DNA of 64,000 nt from an uncultured Planctomycetales bacterium (GCA_964483535.1 CAZABZ010000001.1:8594-72593), one strand, 5' to 3'; shown: positions 47,501 through 62,500, counted from the first letter of the stretch. The notes: generated by a model from the sequence alone, not told the origin. Program-made: numbers and translations.

Positions 47501-50500
47501 TATGACAGCCTGGAACACTTCGGGCAGGGTCTTGCCCGAACTATTGCCGGCCACAATGCTTTTGCCCATGTCCGCGGCCCTGATCATCTTCTTCTGATCT
47601 CCCCATTTCTGAAGATCAACGTAAACTCCACTTTGCTGCAAATTTTCTAATTCCTGATCAAGGGAATTCAAAATGGTCTCAACATCCTGAGGATTGACCG
47701 CAGCGACCATGGCCCGATCCCTATACGCAAAATTCAAAACCTCATCCATGAGAGCCACTACAAGAATTTTCTCCTGTTCGGTTTTATCTGTAATGCCCTT
47801 ATTCAGGAAGAATGTTAAAATCAAACGAATGACATCCGGATCGGCTCCATATTCCCTCGAGGCCTTTGATATTCTATCTCCCCAGTTTGTGGAACCAATC
47901 GCCATTGATGTCAGTGTATATGTGCTTCTGTAGGCTTCGAGATTTCTACGGGCCTCATCCTCCGAAATTTGGGCTTCTTTTAATCCGCTGATTAACTCCC
48001 TTGCCTTCTCTATATTGTCCTTTACATCTCCTGTCATGGCCTTATCATTCTTCCCATTATTACCATCCTCCATGGCTAAATTCAAACTAACTGAAACGAC
48101 AGGAATATTAATATTGACGGGCGGTTGAATATTGGGAATGCCCTTAGGAGGCACATTTTGCATTTCATTAGAAACCTTCCCCCAAGCCTGTTGTAAAATA
48201 TTCTTTGCTTTTTGAGTATCGCCAAAGATAACTTTAGGAATTTCCGTGAGAACTTTCTTGCGATGAGGATCATTTAGCATCTCCTCAGGAATTTGACGAT
48301 ACACCTCAACAATCTGTGCGGCATCAAGTCCTTTGGTAAGCTTAACAAGCGCCGCTCGATCATCCACAAGAACGCCTTTTAGATCAGCCATAGAATAAAG
48401 ATCCGGGCCCATGCTCTGCAACATGACATTATCAGGCGCTAATAATAGGAAGGTGCGTGAAGCAACATACCATCTGAAAGCTTCTAGCCTGCTCAACTGT
48501 CCGGCATCTACTTTCTTCCCTTTATATTCCACCCATTGTATTTCGTTGGCTGACTGGGACATGTCCACACTAGCAAACGTCGAAGATCCGACATGATCAC
48601 CATTTGTCAGCGGGGCAATCTCTGCCTTATCATACTCAGCTAAAATTGGAATAAGTTGTGCGCTGTCAGCTAAAGCAACATAACGGATATCCAGTCCTTG
48701 TTTAGCCAAAGACATAAAAGCAGTGTAATTATTTTTTGCAAAATTTCTAAGCAACCTGACTATACGGAGGGTTCGGGCAGAGGAAATAGCAGCATTTATC
48801 CGCCCTTTCGGTGGTGCTGTTGACTGAGGATTCATGTATGTGTCATTGCGAGGAGCCGCAAGTGACGAAGCAATCTCTTTTTGCATCTCAGCAACAGGCA
48901 CAGATGCCAAAACGGCATTGCCCCCTGCGATCAAAGCTTTAATATCCATTAAGCCTTTAGCCTTCAACGATAGCTTTTTAGCCACAGCATAAGCCTTAAG
49001 TACGCTCAAAACAATTTTCAACGCATATTGAGGATTATTCTTAGTCTGTACGGCCACAGCCTTCTCCAAAATCCTACCCATTGCTGCTTTAGGCAACAAC
49101 ATCAAGAGCGGAACAAGTTTACCGTAAAAATCCTTGGCACTTAACATTGAGTCATCAGAATCGAATTCACTATCTTTGGCAGCAAGTACAAAGTCCTTAC
49201 CAGGAGGAGCATACATGGCCCAGTCCAGACGAGAGGCTATGTTACTAATTACATTCATGGCCGCATCCAGAGGATTTTTAAATTTCTTGTCTGCCTGATT
49301 GATTATCCATATTTCTGTGACGGTATCCGCATAATCAACAGGACTGGTATCGCTCACGACTTCAGCGCTGTCGATAACCGACGACCCCGGCTGAAATTTA
49401 GTCTGGTTAACTAATTGAGCCTGATTCGCTGAAGCAGATATTTGTTCATCAGCTAAAGCATTGCGCTCTGGTTGTACAGGAAGCCCGTCGGAACCAATAA
49501 CCAAGCCCTCTCCATAGGGACCAATAGGCACCCTTTGCGGTTCTGGCTCAATCTGCGGAGTAACTCGGTTAATGCCCGCCTGATTATTGAAAACTATTTG
49601 AGGTGGTAGGACAATTCCCCTTTGTGCTTCTCCATCATACGAGGCATACACGCGATCCCAAGCTTCCTGCAAATTATTACTAAATGTTTGCGATACATTT
49701 TTCCATTTGGATTGATATTTAGTATCAAGGAATTTTAAAATAGGGACCAGTTTCTTGGCTTTGTCCCCATATTTGCTCCTTACCGTTTGTTCTGTCTCGC
49801 CTTTTAAAAACCCATATTGTTCCCGCAAAGCATCTAATTTGGTAAGCCAACCCGGCCCTTCACGACGGATGGCTTCAACATCATCTTTATCATAACCATG
49901 ATTTTCCATCATGCTGATAAAGATGCCTTTCAAATCCGTGTCGTCTCCTGCCCGCCAGAATTTCGGATCTTCATAAGATAAGCTGTTAGCATCATGTAAA
50001 ACCTTATCAACTTCTTCCAAAGAGTGGATGCTCTCATGGTTAAATCCATAGTTGATGTTGTGTAGATTTTCCTGCTCTTCATTGTCCAGATCCACAAACT
50101 CTGCTTGGATAGCCCAGATGCCGTCTGTCTCAACCCATTGGTCACCTTGTTTGGATATGAGCCCAAGTGTTTGTAAATATTCTACAAATTGCTCTTCTTG
50201 CTTTGTCAACTGCCGCCCCTTCGCGGAGTTCAAAAATTCAACAATCCCATAATTGCCAGCCTGATTAGTCAAGTTAACCCCATTATATTTAAACCCGCCG
50301 GCTGCCTTAAGAGGCACGATATCTCCTTTTTTAAATTCTTCTCCCGCACCTTCACGGAACACCATGAAGCGAGACATGGCGTTTAGCCCCCAACCCCTGG
50401 TCGCGACGATGTTGAGTATCTTTGTGCCTTTACCTACCTCTTCCCCTACAAATGGCGACTGCCCCATTTGAAGGTTGAATATTAAATGGCCCAATGATTG

Positions 50501-53500
50501 TTCTAATCGAAATCTTTTATTTTCCCTATCTAATGACATTGGAGTCAAACGCTGTTGGGGGGCCAAAGTCAAAAGTTGTTGATTGTAATTCTCTGCCATA
50601 GCTATTTCATCAGCGGTCAACTTTTGACGTTTTTCTTTTTCAGCGGCAATAACACCTTCCACTTTAACGCGCTCATCATCTAATTTTGCCCAATCGCCCG
50701 AGGCCTCAGTAATATTTCCACTTTTGTCAATATCCACCTTGATGCCAGTCTTCCCATCTTCCAGATGCAAAATACCATCTTGAAAACTTTGTTTAAAATC
50801 AATGGCCGCCAGCACATGCGCCAGAGCGCGCAAATTTATTTCTGAACCGCCACCAATCTTGCCATTATATATATTATCCAAGACCTTCGTTAAGGTTGTA
50901 TCCGTGATATGGTGTTCCAGTATATGGGTCATCACATCCATCTCTGCTGCTCTGAGGGCCAAAAGATCTGTAGTCTTTGCCAGCGAAGCCCGGATCTTTG
51001 CTAAGATTTGATCTGCATCTGGTTTGTTATTCTCGCGATAGGGCAGTTTTTGCTGGAAGGTATACAGCTTGCGGCCATCGCCCGGATCATACACGGGAAT
51101 ATTGGCCACTAACAGATCTTCAAATCCTTTCATTCCCTTGGTTTCGTCATCTTTGACCACTTCAATGATCCCTTTTTCAAGTCCCTTGCCGGATTTGATC
51201 TGTTCATCGAGCACCCCTAAAGCCAATCGTGCGGCTGGCAAACCGGAGATAGCCATGTTGCGACTGCGTTCAAATACTTTTTGAGCCTCGTCTCTGAAAG
51301 CGACATACATTCTTTCATCGCCCAGCGCTAAGGCGCGTCTGGCTTTCTGCAATTTCCCCCAGCCTTCAATCATATGTGTAAAGATTTCACCCAAAGCGTA
51401 ATCATGATCGTAAATTCCGACGTTCAAATTCTTTGCATCATTATGTTCGATGATGGTGCGCGATGCCCCCAGCACCGTCTCTACTTCCACCAGACGGGCT
51501 ATGCGGTCAATGATGTGGCCCACTTCATGGTCAGGAACGCCATTTTCCAAACTTTCCGGGTCAAGATCAAGCAGGGCTAACAAAGCTTTAGTCCCCAAAG
51601 CCAATCTCAAATTATCCGCCAAACCGGCGCTGCCATGCTGTTCCGCATAAGGATCAAATGTCATTTCAAAATCATTGTCTTTGAGATATTGATTAATTCG
51701 TTCCTTAGCTTCTTTTATGTTTGCCTCAGTTGGATCTAATAAAAGCCTGGGCAATTGATGATCTAGGTTCTCCAATAAATAACCTTTCAGCCACATAAGC
51801 ATATGACTTAAGCGGCTGCTTTTTTGACTGTCTGTCTTGAACTTCAGATAAACCCTTTGGCCTGAGCGAAGAACTTCTTTCCATTGACTTTGGTCTTCTA
51901 AACGAATAGACTTTTTATTTTCATCATCCAAAGTAATAAACTCGACATCAATGTCGTAACGTTTGACCAAATCCGCCATATCCTCCAAAAGACCTTCATA
52001 AACTGCGGTCCTGTCATCATTGCCGGGTAAACGCACTAATTCACTGCGTTTTTCCAAAGATTCCTTAAAACGGTTCGTGGCCGCGATATGATCGTGCACG
52101 GTAGCAATATCTTCTGCATAAATGATCGCGTCCTTGGGTGGCTTTAAACCCCTTCCTCTTAAATCTTTCCGTAAATACGGATCACTGTTCAAATCAAAAA
52201 TATATTTATTGTCTTTAGTGGTCTTAATGATACGTCCTAATAAATACGCTCTATTTTTAAATGTTCCGTCCTTACCGATAATGCGTCCTGTGTCATGCTC
52301 TATTACATCCCCCTGCTCAATCCCTTCCTTGGCATACCCATTTGTTTCAACAATAACCTTTTTAACATTCCAGGTTCCGTTTTCTTTCATGCGGCGTTCA
52401 CTGGTGATGATACGTTCGGTACGGAACTTGGTTGGGTCAGCCTCATCCTTTGTTAAAATCGGTTCAACAAACCGCTTGATATCCACTTCAGTGGCCCCCT
52501 TGGGGATCGCCGCAAAATTATTGTTGACGAATATGCCTTGATCCGGTAATTCCAAAATTTCATCGCCCTTGTTCTCATCTAAGGTGCGGATCAACACGTC
52601 TCCGTTTTTAATCGTTACCCCCTTATATTTGATAGGAGTCGGGTTGGTGACAATGATCTTTCTGATATTAACCTGCCCATTCTTATCGACGCTGACAATC
52701 GAACGGCCATAAATCGTCTCCCAGCCACGCATGCCCCCTAAGAAAACCTGTCGCTTGGTGTTGATGCTGTATTCTTGAATTTGTTTCTCTATGTCTTTTT
52801 CTTTCTTAAGCGCCTCCTGATCAATACGGATCAATTGATTTTCAACCAGCAGTGCTCTTAGGGCCCCGTCTGATGATGTTAAGCGAGAAATCAAATCTTT
52901 CTCTCCGGTGGAAAATTCTTCAATACTTAAACGTTCCTGGGCATTCTCCCCGCTGGCTTCAACCATTTGTCCGTTATTTGCGATACTGAAATCCCCTTTT
53001 TTACCGCCGATAGCCTGTAGTAAAATATTTTGATTGAAACGGTTATCTTTCTCTAATCTCATCCTATGATTAATCTTGTCATAAGCATATTGAACAGGCG
53101 CCAAATATTGTTCCCCTGTTTGGGCATCAATGATTTGCAAAATAGCATCTGAAACATATTCACCTTTATCTTTTCGTACATTAAACTGCACCAAACGCTT
53201 TTCAGCAACAGGCGCGAATGACATGAATGCCCGTTCATGTTCAGCTAAAGGATCGTCTGTTTCCTCGAATATTTTTAAAAGTTCTTGATCGGCCTCAGAT
53301 TTATACCAATCCTCCTGGGAAACGACCTTTTTAGTATTGGGGTTATAGACCTGATTTTCATTTGCGTCCATAGTCGGAGCATTGGCATAATTACCAAATT
53401 TTAACCGCTGACCGACGTTAAATATCTCCCCTTCCTTATAACGCATGGTACTAACAGACTTGTCAACCAGTATCCGCTGATAGCCGCCTGTGTCGCGAGG

Positions 53501-56500
53501 AAGAATATATTCATTGGGCCCCTTGGCAGCAGGCTTCTGCGTGCTGACTTGTGGTGTTCCCGTGGATTGACTTTTTTCTTCAGCCATAACAGCTTCTCCT
53601 AAATGTCGCTGCCTGATCATTCTTACGACTTCAGATATCAACTCTGGATTGGCACGATAATCGGTTTGCATGGTCTGGTGCGCCCCGTTTTGCGCCATAT
53701 CTAAAGAAATGCCCTGGGCGATGGCCATCATGAATTTCTTAAGATCCTGGCGCACTTGATCTTTTTGTTCTTTGGTCAAAGTGGGATCATTTAATTTTTG
53801 GTTATAACCTCTCAAAGTATCCTTGGTGTCTGACTTTAGATTAGGATCTTCTTCTATCATAAGCACTTGCTTATAGCGACCCTTGGTACGCTGGGAATTA
53901 TCATAATCTTCCGTATTTTTTAGATACGAATTTTGACGGCCCATGGCCTGCATAATACCCGATAAAGAACGCGAAGAAAGGTCAATTTGAAAAGCAGTAA
54001 GAACATCCGCTATTTTATTCCTTACTTTAATGCGTCCTACCGTATCATCGATGTCTTCCTTCATCGATGTAAGAATGACTCGAGCTTTCATTTTCCGACC
54101 AATTTCTGCAGGCGAAAGACCTTGATTCTCCGGTCTGCCGCTTAATTTATTAAATTCTGCTTCTACATCATCCTTGAGTTCCCCTTCAATAAATCCCTTA
54201 GCTTGATCATGCCTTTTTATGTACACTTCCCCGTCAATGCCTAACTCAGCCAATGCTTTTATTAATTCTTTTTTGACGGCTTTTTCACCATAGCGTTCAA
54301 GCAAAGGTTGCAACATAATAGTGTTTAAATACAATAATCTCTCATTGCTAGTCCTGCCCACCCCATCTTCGCCAAACTGTTCTTGAAGTTCTCTGACGAT
54401 TCTTTGCTTTAATGTAAGTTTACCTTCCACATCAAACTCGTATTTTCTATCTGTGACAGGAACCTCTGCTTTAGGCTGCCAGAATTCAAACCCTGCGATT
54501 TCCATGAGATCCCTGGCTTCTCCAAAAGAACCGCTAAATCCCATGACCAAGGCACCTTCACTTTGGAAACGTTTGACCACCTGAATACCTGTAGCGCGAT
54601 TACTCGGATGTTCTGCGGTATGCTGGAACCAATCTTCCATTCCAATATCCACTGCCTTTTTCTCAACTTCTTTCCCTCCCTCCATGACCTTGACCCCATT
54701 CTTCAAGTGTGAGACAATGACCCTCGAGTACATGTTCAAACCACTTTCATCTGAGAATATGCGATTAAGCTCCTCCTCCCCTACGTTTAGCATGTTGCGA
54801 GGATTGAGGGTGAATCCTTTGCGACGACTGAGCGTAAATCCACCATCTTTATTAATTATAATTTCCAACAAACCCATATTAAGAGCATAAACAAAATCTG
54901 CTTCTGCTCGTAGGGCCTTCCCTAACTCTTCACCTGTATAAACTATTTTCCCGTCTTTCCTAACGTTGTTGTCTTTATCAATCTCAAAACCTTTTTCCTT
55001 ACCCATTGACAATATTTTCTCATATAAAACTTTTTGAACCTCTTCAATAAATTCATGTGCATGGAAGGATTGACCAAATCCTTCGCTTTTATTGATCACG
55101 TTTCTAACATTATTCTTAACAGCCTCATCCACCACCTGAGTTAAAACATCAACATGAAAAGACAGCCTGGCCATTTCCCTTTTATACTCATCACTGTCCT
55201 CACCAAGTCTGGTGACAATTTCTTTGCCATATTCCGCATGCTTCCCGAATATCAAGGTTGGTATGGTTGCTTGAAGGTGGGCTTCATCTATAAATACAAT
55301 CGCGTTCTTCGTGCTAGTTAATTTACCTTTAATAGCGTTTATTTGAAGATTTAAATCCGCTGTTTGAGACCCCCGATGCGATATGACCGTTATCTTGCCT
55401 TCTTCATAAGGGATCTTACCCTTAATATCTTCACTATCGACGACTAAATAGTGTTCGGGATTATCCTTAAATGTATTGATGGCTTGGTCCGTCGTAATAT
55501 AGATGATCTGCCGGCCTTTATCCGTTTTGACGACTGTTTCCATAATACTTCTGGCTAAGGTTGACTTCCCTTCACCTGTGCCCAACGCTATAGCAATCAA
55601 ACGGCTCCCTTCTATCGTATTAGGATTTTCAATGGCTTCAAGAATTCCACGAATCATAGACATCTGCCCCTTTTTATAGGCAAATACTTCCCCACGAGGG
55701 ATCTGTTTTGCGAGGGCGCTAAACACTTCGAAAAACTGCGTGTCCCTATCTTGGGCTGTTCCCCAGCCTTCCCGCTGTCGTATTTCCCCTAATTTACCCT
55801 TAAATATCTCCTTGGCTATGGCATCCGCTGAAGCTTGCAGGTCTAACATCTGGGCCTTTTTCACCCGCCACTGTTTTTCTACTTCTTTCAGATCAGTGAT
55901 GAGATTATCTACCTCCCCTCCTAATCCCGGTTGCTGTCCCCATTTTTGCTTGATTATGCTTTGGGCTTGATCAAATTTCTTTGCTTTTATCAAAGAAGAT
56001 ATTTGAACCAAATCACTTATAACATCTTTCGCTGTAATAAAATCAGCTTCCTTTTCTCTTTGGTAGGCTAATGCTAACGTCTCTTCCCCTACTTCCTGCC
56101 CCTTAAGCCCATACTGCCCTAACAATAATTTCTGCAATGTCCCCTTAATTATGTCCAATTCTAATCGTTGAGATTTCAGACGGGAACCGATAATAGCAGT
56201 AACGGGGGAATTTATCCCTTGAGCATCTTCTCTTGGGGTGTTCCAATAAAGGGCGTTCGCAAACTCCCGTTCCGGGGTCCAAAAATCAGATGAAAAATAC
56301 TTGGTTTGAGAAGGGAATTGTGTGTCACGGGATGCAGGGTGGATGACGTTTGTACTAGCGCCGACTTCTTCAACCGCAACTTCTTTTGTTTTAGTGTTTT
56401 CTGCGGAAGTTTCCGGCGGAGCCTTGGATGGTGGCTGGGTCCCTTCAATTGCCTCGCGTTGTCCTTTCCTGCCGTTAAGATATTCCGCGATATCATGCGC

Positions 56501-59500
56501 GTCTGCGCTGAACTCCTCTGCTCCCGGCAAGAGAACGCCTTGTTCTAAAAGTGCGCGTGTTACCTTGCTAATTCCTTCCAGTCGACTAATTCCTTCCGGA
56601 AGGATCTGTTTAAGTAAATTTTGCTGACGTTTAACACGCGCCTCGGTTAACTCATGCAGAGTGGCTTGAGCGGCGCCTTCTTTGGTAACAATCAAATACT
56701 CACGATTGCCTCGGGCATCTCGAAAAACAACAAAGCCTCCGTCAGCGCCGTCTAAATAAGAAGAATTATCCTTAACGATATATCGCCTGAACGTCGTAGT
56801 TGTTCCATCAGAATTTTGAATAACTCGTTGTAATCTTCCTTCGCTAGGGGATCCTATATATAAAGGCTTAGCAGTTCCTGTTCGAGCTGCGTTCTGTAGG
56901 CGCTCAAGCCAAGCTTGTTTTTCTTGTTCTGTTACAATTTTACGTCCATCTGCTGCGCCGGCATCCTCCACAGTCCGGACTTTAAAATTGTCGTCAATGA
57001 AATCATCCACTTCTTTGCCCTTCTTCCCCAGAATATCAGCTATATCTTTCAAATATTCCAGCGCCTTCGTTTGATCACCAGATGTTTTGTCAATCTTCCC
57101 TTCAGCCCTGTTTTCAAAAAATCTCGCTTCTGGATTTAATTGGAATATTTTTTCAAAAGCTAAACGAGCTTCTTCTCTGTTGCCAGCTTCCATAAAAGCA
57201 TGTCCCAAATCATCATATAACTGTGACACGGCAACTTTCTTCCCATAATCTTTCCCGGCCAAGTCTTCAGCTTCTTGCGCCAATGTCTTGGCACTGTTTA
57301 AATCGCCAGGATCTTTAGAGAGCGCGGCTTTTCTTATTGCCATAAGTGCTGTGTCATTTCCCCTACGGAATTTATTATGGGAATACTCATTGGCCTTTGC
57401 AAATGCCTCTCTGGCAATGAGTGTATATCCATTCTTATTGAACTCTTCAACGAATACGTCATGTGCCAGATTAGACGCAATATCACGCAATGCCTTGCCT
57501 TGATCTTTTTTGCCTTGCTGACTTGCCACTTCCATCAATTGCTCTGCAATTTTTAAAGACGTGCCCTTGTTTGCTCCGCTCCCTTCTCTAATACTTAGTA
57601 AATTCCACCCACTCTCCAATTTGGAATCCCCCGGCGCATTATCAAACGCCACCTCCGCAAACAAAGTTGCAAAATTACGGCCTTCCGGAATACTTTTCCC
57701 TAACAACCCTCGGGAAACCGCCATCAAATCTTCTATCAGCGATTGATGCTGACTCGCGCCCTGCTGCTCTTTGGCTTCAGAAACCAATTTTTCCATTGCT
57801 GTTCTTGCGGCCTCAATATTACTTCCGCCATTCTTTGATAGCTCTAACGTTTGATCAAGTATCGCTTGTCTTTGAAATAAAATTCTTGCATTAAATTTCC
57901 CCGAGGCCGAAGCCTTTTCATTTAAATCGCCAGCTCCCTTCAAATCACCTACCGAAAATAGAGCTCTAACAGCACTATCTAAAGCTTTACGGTCCCCTAC
58001 CTCTACTGATTTAGCTCCTATTTCGTTAAAAATCTCTATCGCTTCTTCACTGTGTCCTGCCCTCTGCAAACTCTCCCCAACAGCCAAATGATCTAAAAGA
58101 ATCCCCGCCTGAGCTGATTGGTCACCCTTCTGACCTGCAAGCTCAAACGCTTTTTTAAATGACGCCACTGCATCATCTGTTTTGCCCTGCGCCCGTTGAG
58201 CTACAGCAAGAGAATAATACTTTTCATGGCTCTGAGAATCAGATTCAACAGCTTTAGAATAATACGCTTCAGCTGCCGCAAATTGTGCTTTCCCCTCCGC
58301 TTCTTTGCCTATGCTAACCAACCGTTGCCCTTCTTGAATAGAATATTCTCCTTTGCTTAATACATTAGACGGCTTGGCACCTAAAATCAGTCCTACCCAA
58401 CTGCCAATGCTTCTTTCGCTAAAGCCGCCGGAGTTGGGGCCAAAACCTGTAGAAAGATTTTCACGCGTAACAGTAATAGAACCGTCCTTATTAATTACTG
58501 GATTTCCCGCCCGCATTGTAGAAGCCCAATCAATTGCTGAGTCTATTCCTGTTACAACCGCGGCCACTTTAGCTAACCCTAACGGCTCAGCCAAACCGCT
58601 TTTTTGTATAGTATCCCTTAAGCTAATCCTCCATTCGCTAGCAGGGCCACTGGACTTACTCATTAATGTCGTCGCTGCAAGCATCGGGTTTAATGAAACA
58701 CCGCTATTAGGTGCTGTTACAGCGGCATTCCACAAAATTCCCTTTGCCTCAGGTGAGAGACTCCAAGAATCTCCTTGAAATAATTGTACAAAAGTAGTGT
58801 TCTCTTTGCCAAATGCCGAACCTTCCTGAGTCAAATTTAACAATGTCCCATGAGGCAATTGCCCAGTTTCTAAACCAACTATGATTGATTTGTAAACACC
58901 TGTATAAAGAGGGAATTGTGTGCCAATCGGTATCCACTTCAATCCGCCCCATGCGCCATAGGCCCCGAATCGTTCAGCCCCGTTTATAGATAGCCTATCC
59001 AGTAAATTTTCCATCGTTCTAATAGGTTGTCCTGAGGCAGTCTCTGATCCCGTTGTCTCTAATCCAAATTTCTTACCAACATTTTTTGATATCTCCCCTG
59101 AATCTTTAACGGCTAGTCCTGCCATCACTGACCAAAATGCGCCACGGAAAGCTGATGCCCCTATTTCACCACTTAAATTTTCATCCCCAAGCGCCATCCC
59201 TCCATAGCCATTATTTAAACTTACATCACCTAGATGCCAACCAAATGTGTGTTCCAGCGACCCCACTGCAAAGTCTTTACTGACATTTACTACAGCTCCG
59301 GCACCCGCCAACGAAGCATATCCTTTAATCCCATTATTCACGAAATACTTAGCTTGCCCACCCGCGAGAAAACGCGCGCCCAAAGCAAATGTTGTAATAT
59401 CAATAGCATCTTTCGGTGAGATATAATTCCCTGAAGCCAAACCATATCCTGCTCTTACGCCAACAGCAAGGGCTGGCCAAGTAAAATAACTCAAATTAGA

Positions 59501-62500
59501 CGTCGGCGAAAGCCATCGTGTAAGGCTTGTCGACACTGCACCACTTGTTAATGAAGTGGCTGATGAATAAGCGCCCATTCCTAATCCAAAAAGAGCAGGC
59601 TTCCAGGCACTGTTGAGCCCTGCAGACAACATTTCTCCAAATTCTGCTTTTGGATTTTGCCATTGATTACTAATAATGCCCCAAGTGGCACCCCAACTGC
59701 CTAATTGTACGCCATAATTTAAAGAATTAACTGCTCCGACTACCCCCTTAGTTCCAGACGAGGCTTTTTGTAAGATTTCCAATGCCTCTTTAGAAACTCC
59801 CCCTGTAACGTCTTTCATAGAGGCCACTGTTTCTTGGGAAGCTTCTTGCGTAATTCTTTCTGAAGATCCTTCTGCAGTTGCTTTGGCAGAAGCCAACGCA
59901 TCTTGAACGGCTCCTTTAGTTACTGTATTTGCCAATGCCCCTACTCCAATTCTTCCAGTATTCACCAATATTAAAGCTGTGGCTAATTCCACATTCTGAG
60001 AAAATGTGAGAGGGCTCCCTTGATATATAGGAACGGCATTAGCCAGTGCCAATCCGGTGCCGACAACGGTTAAATTGCTGATGGCAAAATTCTTTACTCG
60101 ACTTGTTGTTAATGCCACAAATTCGCCATTGCCTCCTCTAATTGTTAAAGGGCTAAGAACGGTATTCGCAAGTCTTCCCGCCGCTGATTGCTCTATAGCA
60201 TTCCCCCAAATATTACTAATAGAACCTGTAACTGCCTTAAAAGCGGCTCCAGCTGCAAATACTTTCAAATCTTGTTCTGGTGTCAAAAGTTCATGATTCC
60301 TAACTAAAGAAAAAGCATTTGAAACCCCTACCCAGCTTAATCCAGAACCAACGATTGGTCGCAAAAGCGCCCCTCCCCATATTCCACCTGCGCCCACAAC
60401 TAACGGAACTGAAGCTGCCTTCGTAAAACCTGAAGAAAAATTATCTAATGAATACCCATTAGTATACATACTCCTCAAACCCTCTGCGGTACCTGCTGAT
60501 AATGCCAAAGTTCCCAACCCAAACTTAGCTGCGTTCTCTCCTGCCAAACCACCCAAGCTCGTCCATCCAAGCCTAGCTGCTAACGTATCCCCTGTAGCAG
60601 TACCTAAACTACCTAAGACACGCGTCACCGGCACACTTAATTTTGATGCTGCAACATCCAACCCTAACAATCCCCCTGTAACTTTAAATAAAGATGTTGC
60701 TAAAGAAGCGGCCTCTCCGGTTGCTGAAAAAGCCATCAAGGTATCAACCTCTACTGGATTCTCTTCCACTATTTTGTTAATTTTAGATGCAACAACTTGG
60801 GTCACACCATCTCTTCCCAATGCATTATCCCTTACGCTTTCAGATATTGGCTGATGTAAATAGTATGTGCTGTTACTCCACATGTTGTATTCTCCCTCAG
60901 GACGATCGATATAGCCCCCTCCCATATTGTCAATCTCATTGGAAAGGTGCGCTATATTTGCACCCGCCCAATTCGCGAAACCGCTTATCGCATACAACTC
61001 TTTACTACCCGTCAACCATGATTTATCTTTCGTTTCAAAAGATGCTCTGGGAATAGCACCCCAAGCTTCATAAGCCTTGCCTGCTGATGCAAAATATCCA
61101 TTAATATTTTCTTGGTCTGTCCCTATTCCAGCTTTTGCGCGCTGTAAATATCTATTCGCATCATCCAAGAAATTCTGAACTGTCTCTTCCTTTCCTGTTC
61201 CCTTAGCGCCATATTTCCCTTCCATCAGAGCATCTTGTAGTCCCGCCATCGTATACAAAGCAGACTCTTTAGACAAAGATACCGCCCCATTATTCCAAAC
61301 CCTCTCAGCTAATTCGGGTGTACCATTTTTACCAAAATTCACACTTCCTTGCTCCGGCGCCAATTGATATACTGATTCTGAAAGAAGCTGGGGAGCGTTA
61401 GACCCCTCTGTATTGCCAAATTCCCGGTTCCAGGTGAACGCTGTAACCCCCAAGGAATCAAGTCCTTTTATTGTGACAGCTGTTAAATCCCCATGCGCGC
61501 CAGCGTTAAAAGTCGCATGATTAAAAGAATCAATTATCAACTTTTGATCGCCGCTTCCCCAAATGGTCCCGTCATCTTCTATCGCACGAGCTTGAAATAT
61601 TCTTCCCTCAACAGACTTCGTGTTATCTTGTTTCTTAGTCTGAGTATTTTCTTGAGGTTTAGTACTGTCTGAAGCAAATATCGGCAACATCACATTTTTG
61701 CCATCAAAACTCACCACAGGATTTCCTTGGTCGTTTATTTTCGATACCACGGGAATAAAAGTCTTCCCATCTCCTGACAGCCCTTTAACATTAAAATTCC
61801 AATCGATCTTGCCTCCTATGCCTGTCTGGGCACTAATCACATCGCCGGCATTCATTGACAACAGCACTTGTTTATTATTTAGATATCTTGCTTGAACTGT
61901 ATCGCCCTTTAAGAGAGCTGCTGTAAGGGCCGGTGATGTCGCGGTAACCCACGCATTATTTACCAGGGCCTTAGTCGCAACTGCAGATCCAATCTCTTTA
62001 CCTTGCACTGCTTGTCCGCTGTCATCAAAATGTACTGTGTCTTGGCCCTTGCCCGGAGCAAATGAGCTGATGAGTGAAGTTATTGTTGTCCCCTCCGCAG
62101 TCTGTTTTAATCCCCTTGCATAAGCAACTGCTTGAATCTCCGGGTGCGCTAGAAAACCCTTCAAATCGACGTCCCTCCAATCCCCCTGTCCACTAAAAGA
62201 GAAACTCGCGGGATTATAAGAAGTAACATCGACTTTTTGAACCCCTGTCCCATTAACAATTCCCTGTTTTTCTCCATCCACATAAATAACTCTTCTCGAT
62301 CCCGAACTTCCGAGGAAATCCAAACTAATATCATTCCCTAAATTAGAAACTAATCCCAGGCGTCCGAGGAAATCCGAAATAGGTCCCTCACCTGAATTAG
62401 GAGCTGTCCCCCGACCTCCGAGAAAATACAAAGGAGATTCCTTCTGCGCTGTTATCTTCCCTTCCGATGCCTGCCCGCCTACCAATGGCATATTAGTTCC

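Noticed and set aside
47528-47551. P-loop-like AGNSSGKT (Walker-A consensus [AG]xxxxGK[ST]) at giant-protein residues 5481-5488
   Set aside because: It is an isolated motif. No convincing Walker B at appropriate spacing and no surrounding NTPase-like secondary-structure pattern could be recognised by eye. It may be fortuitous in a 19-kaa protein.
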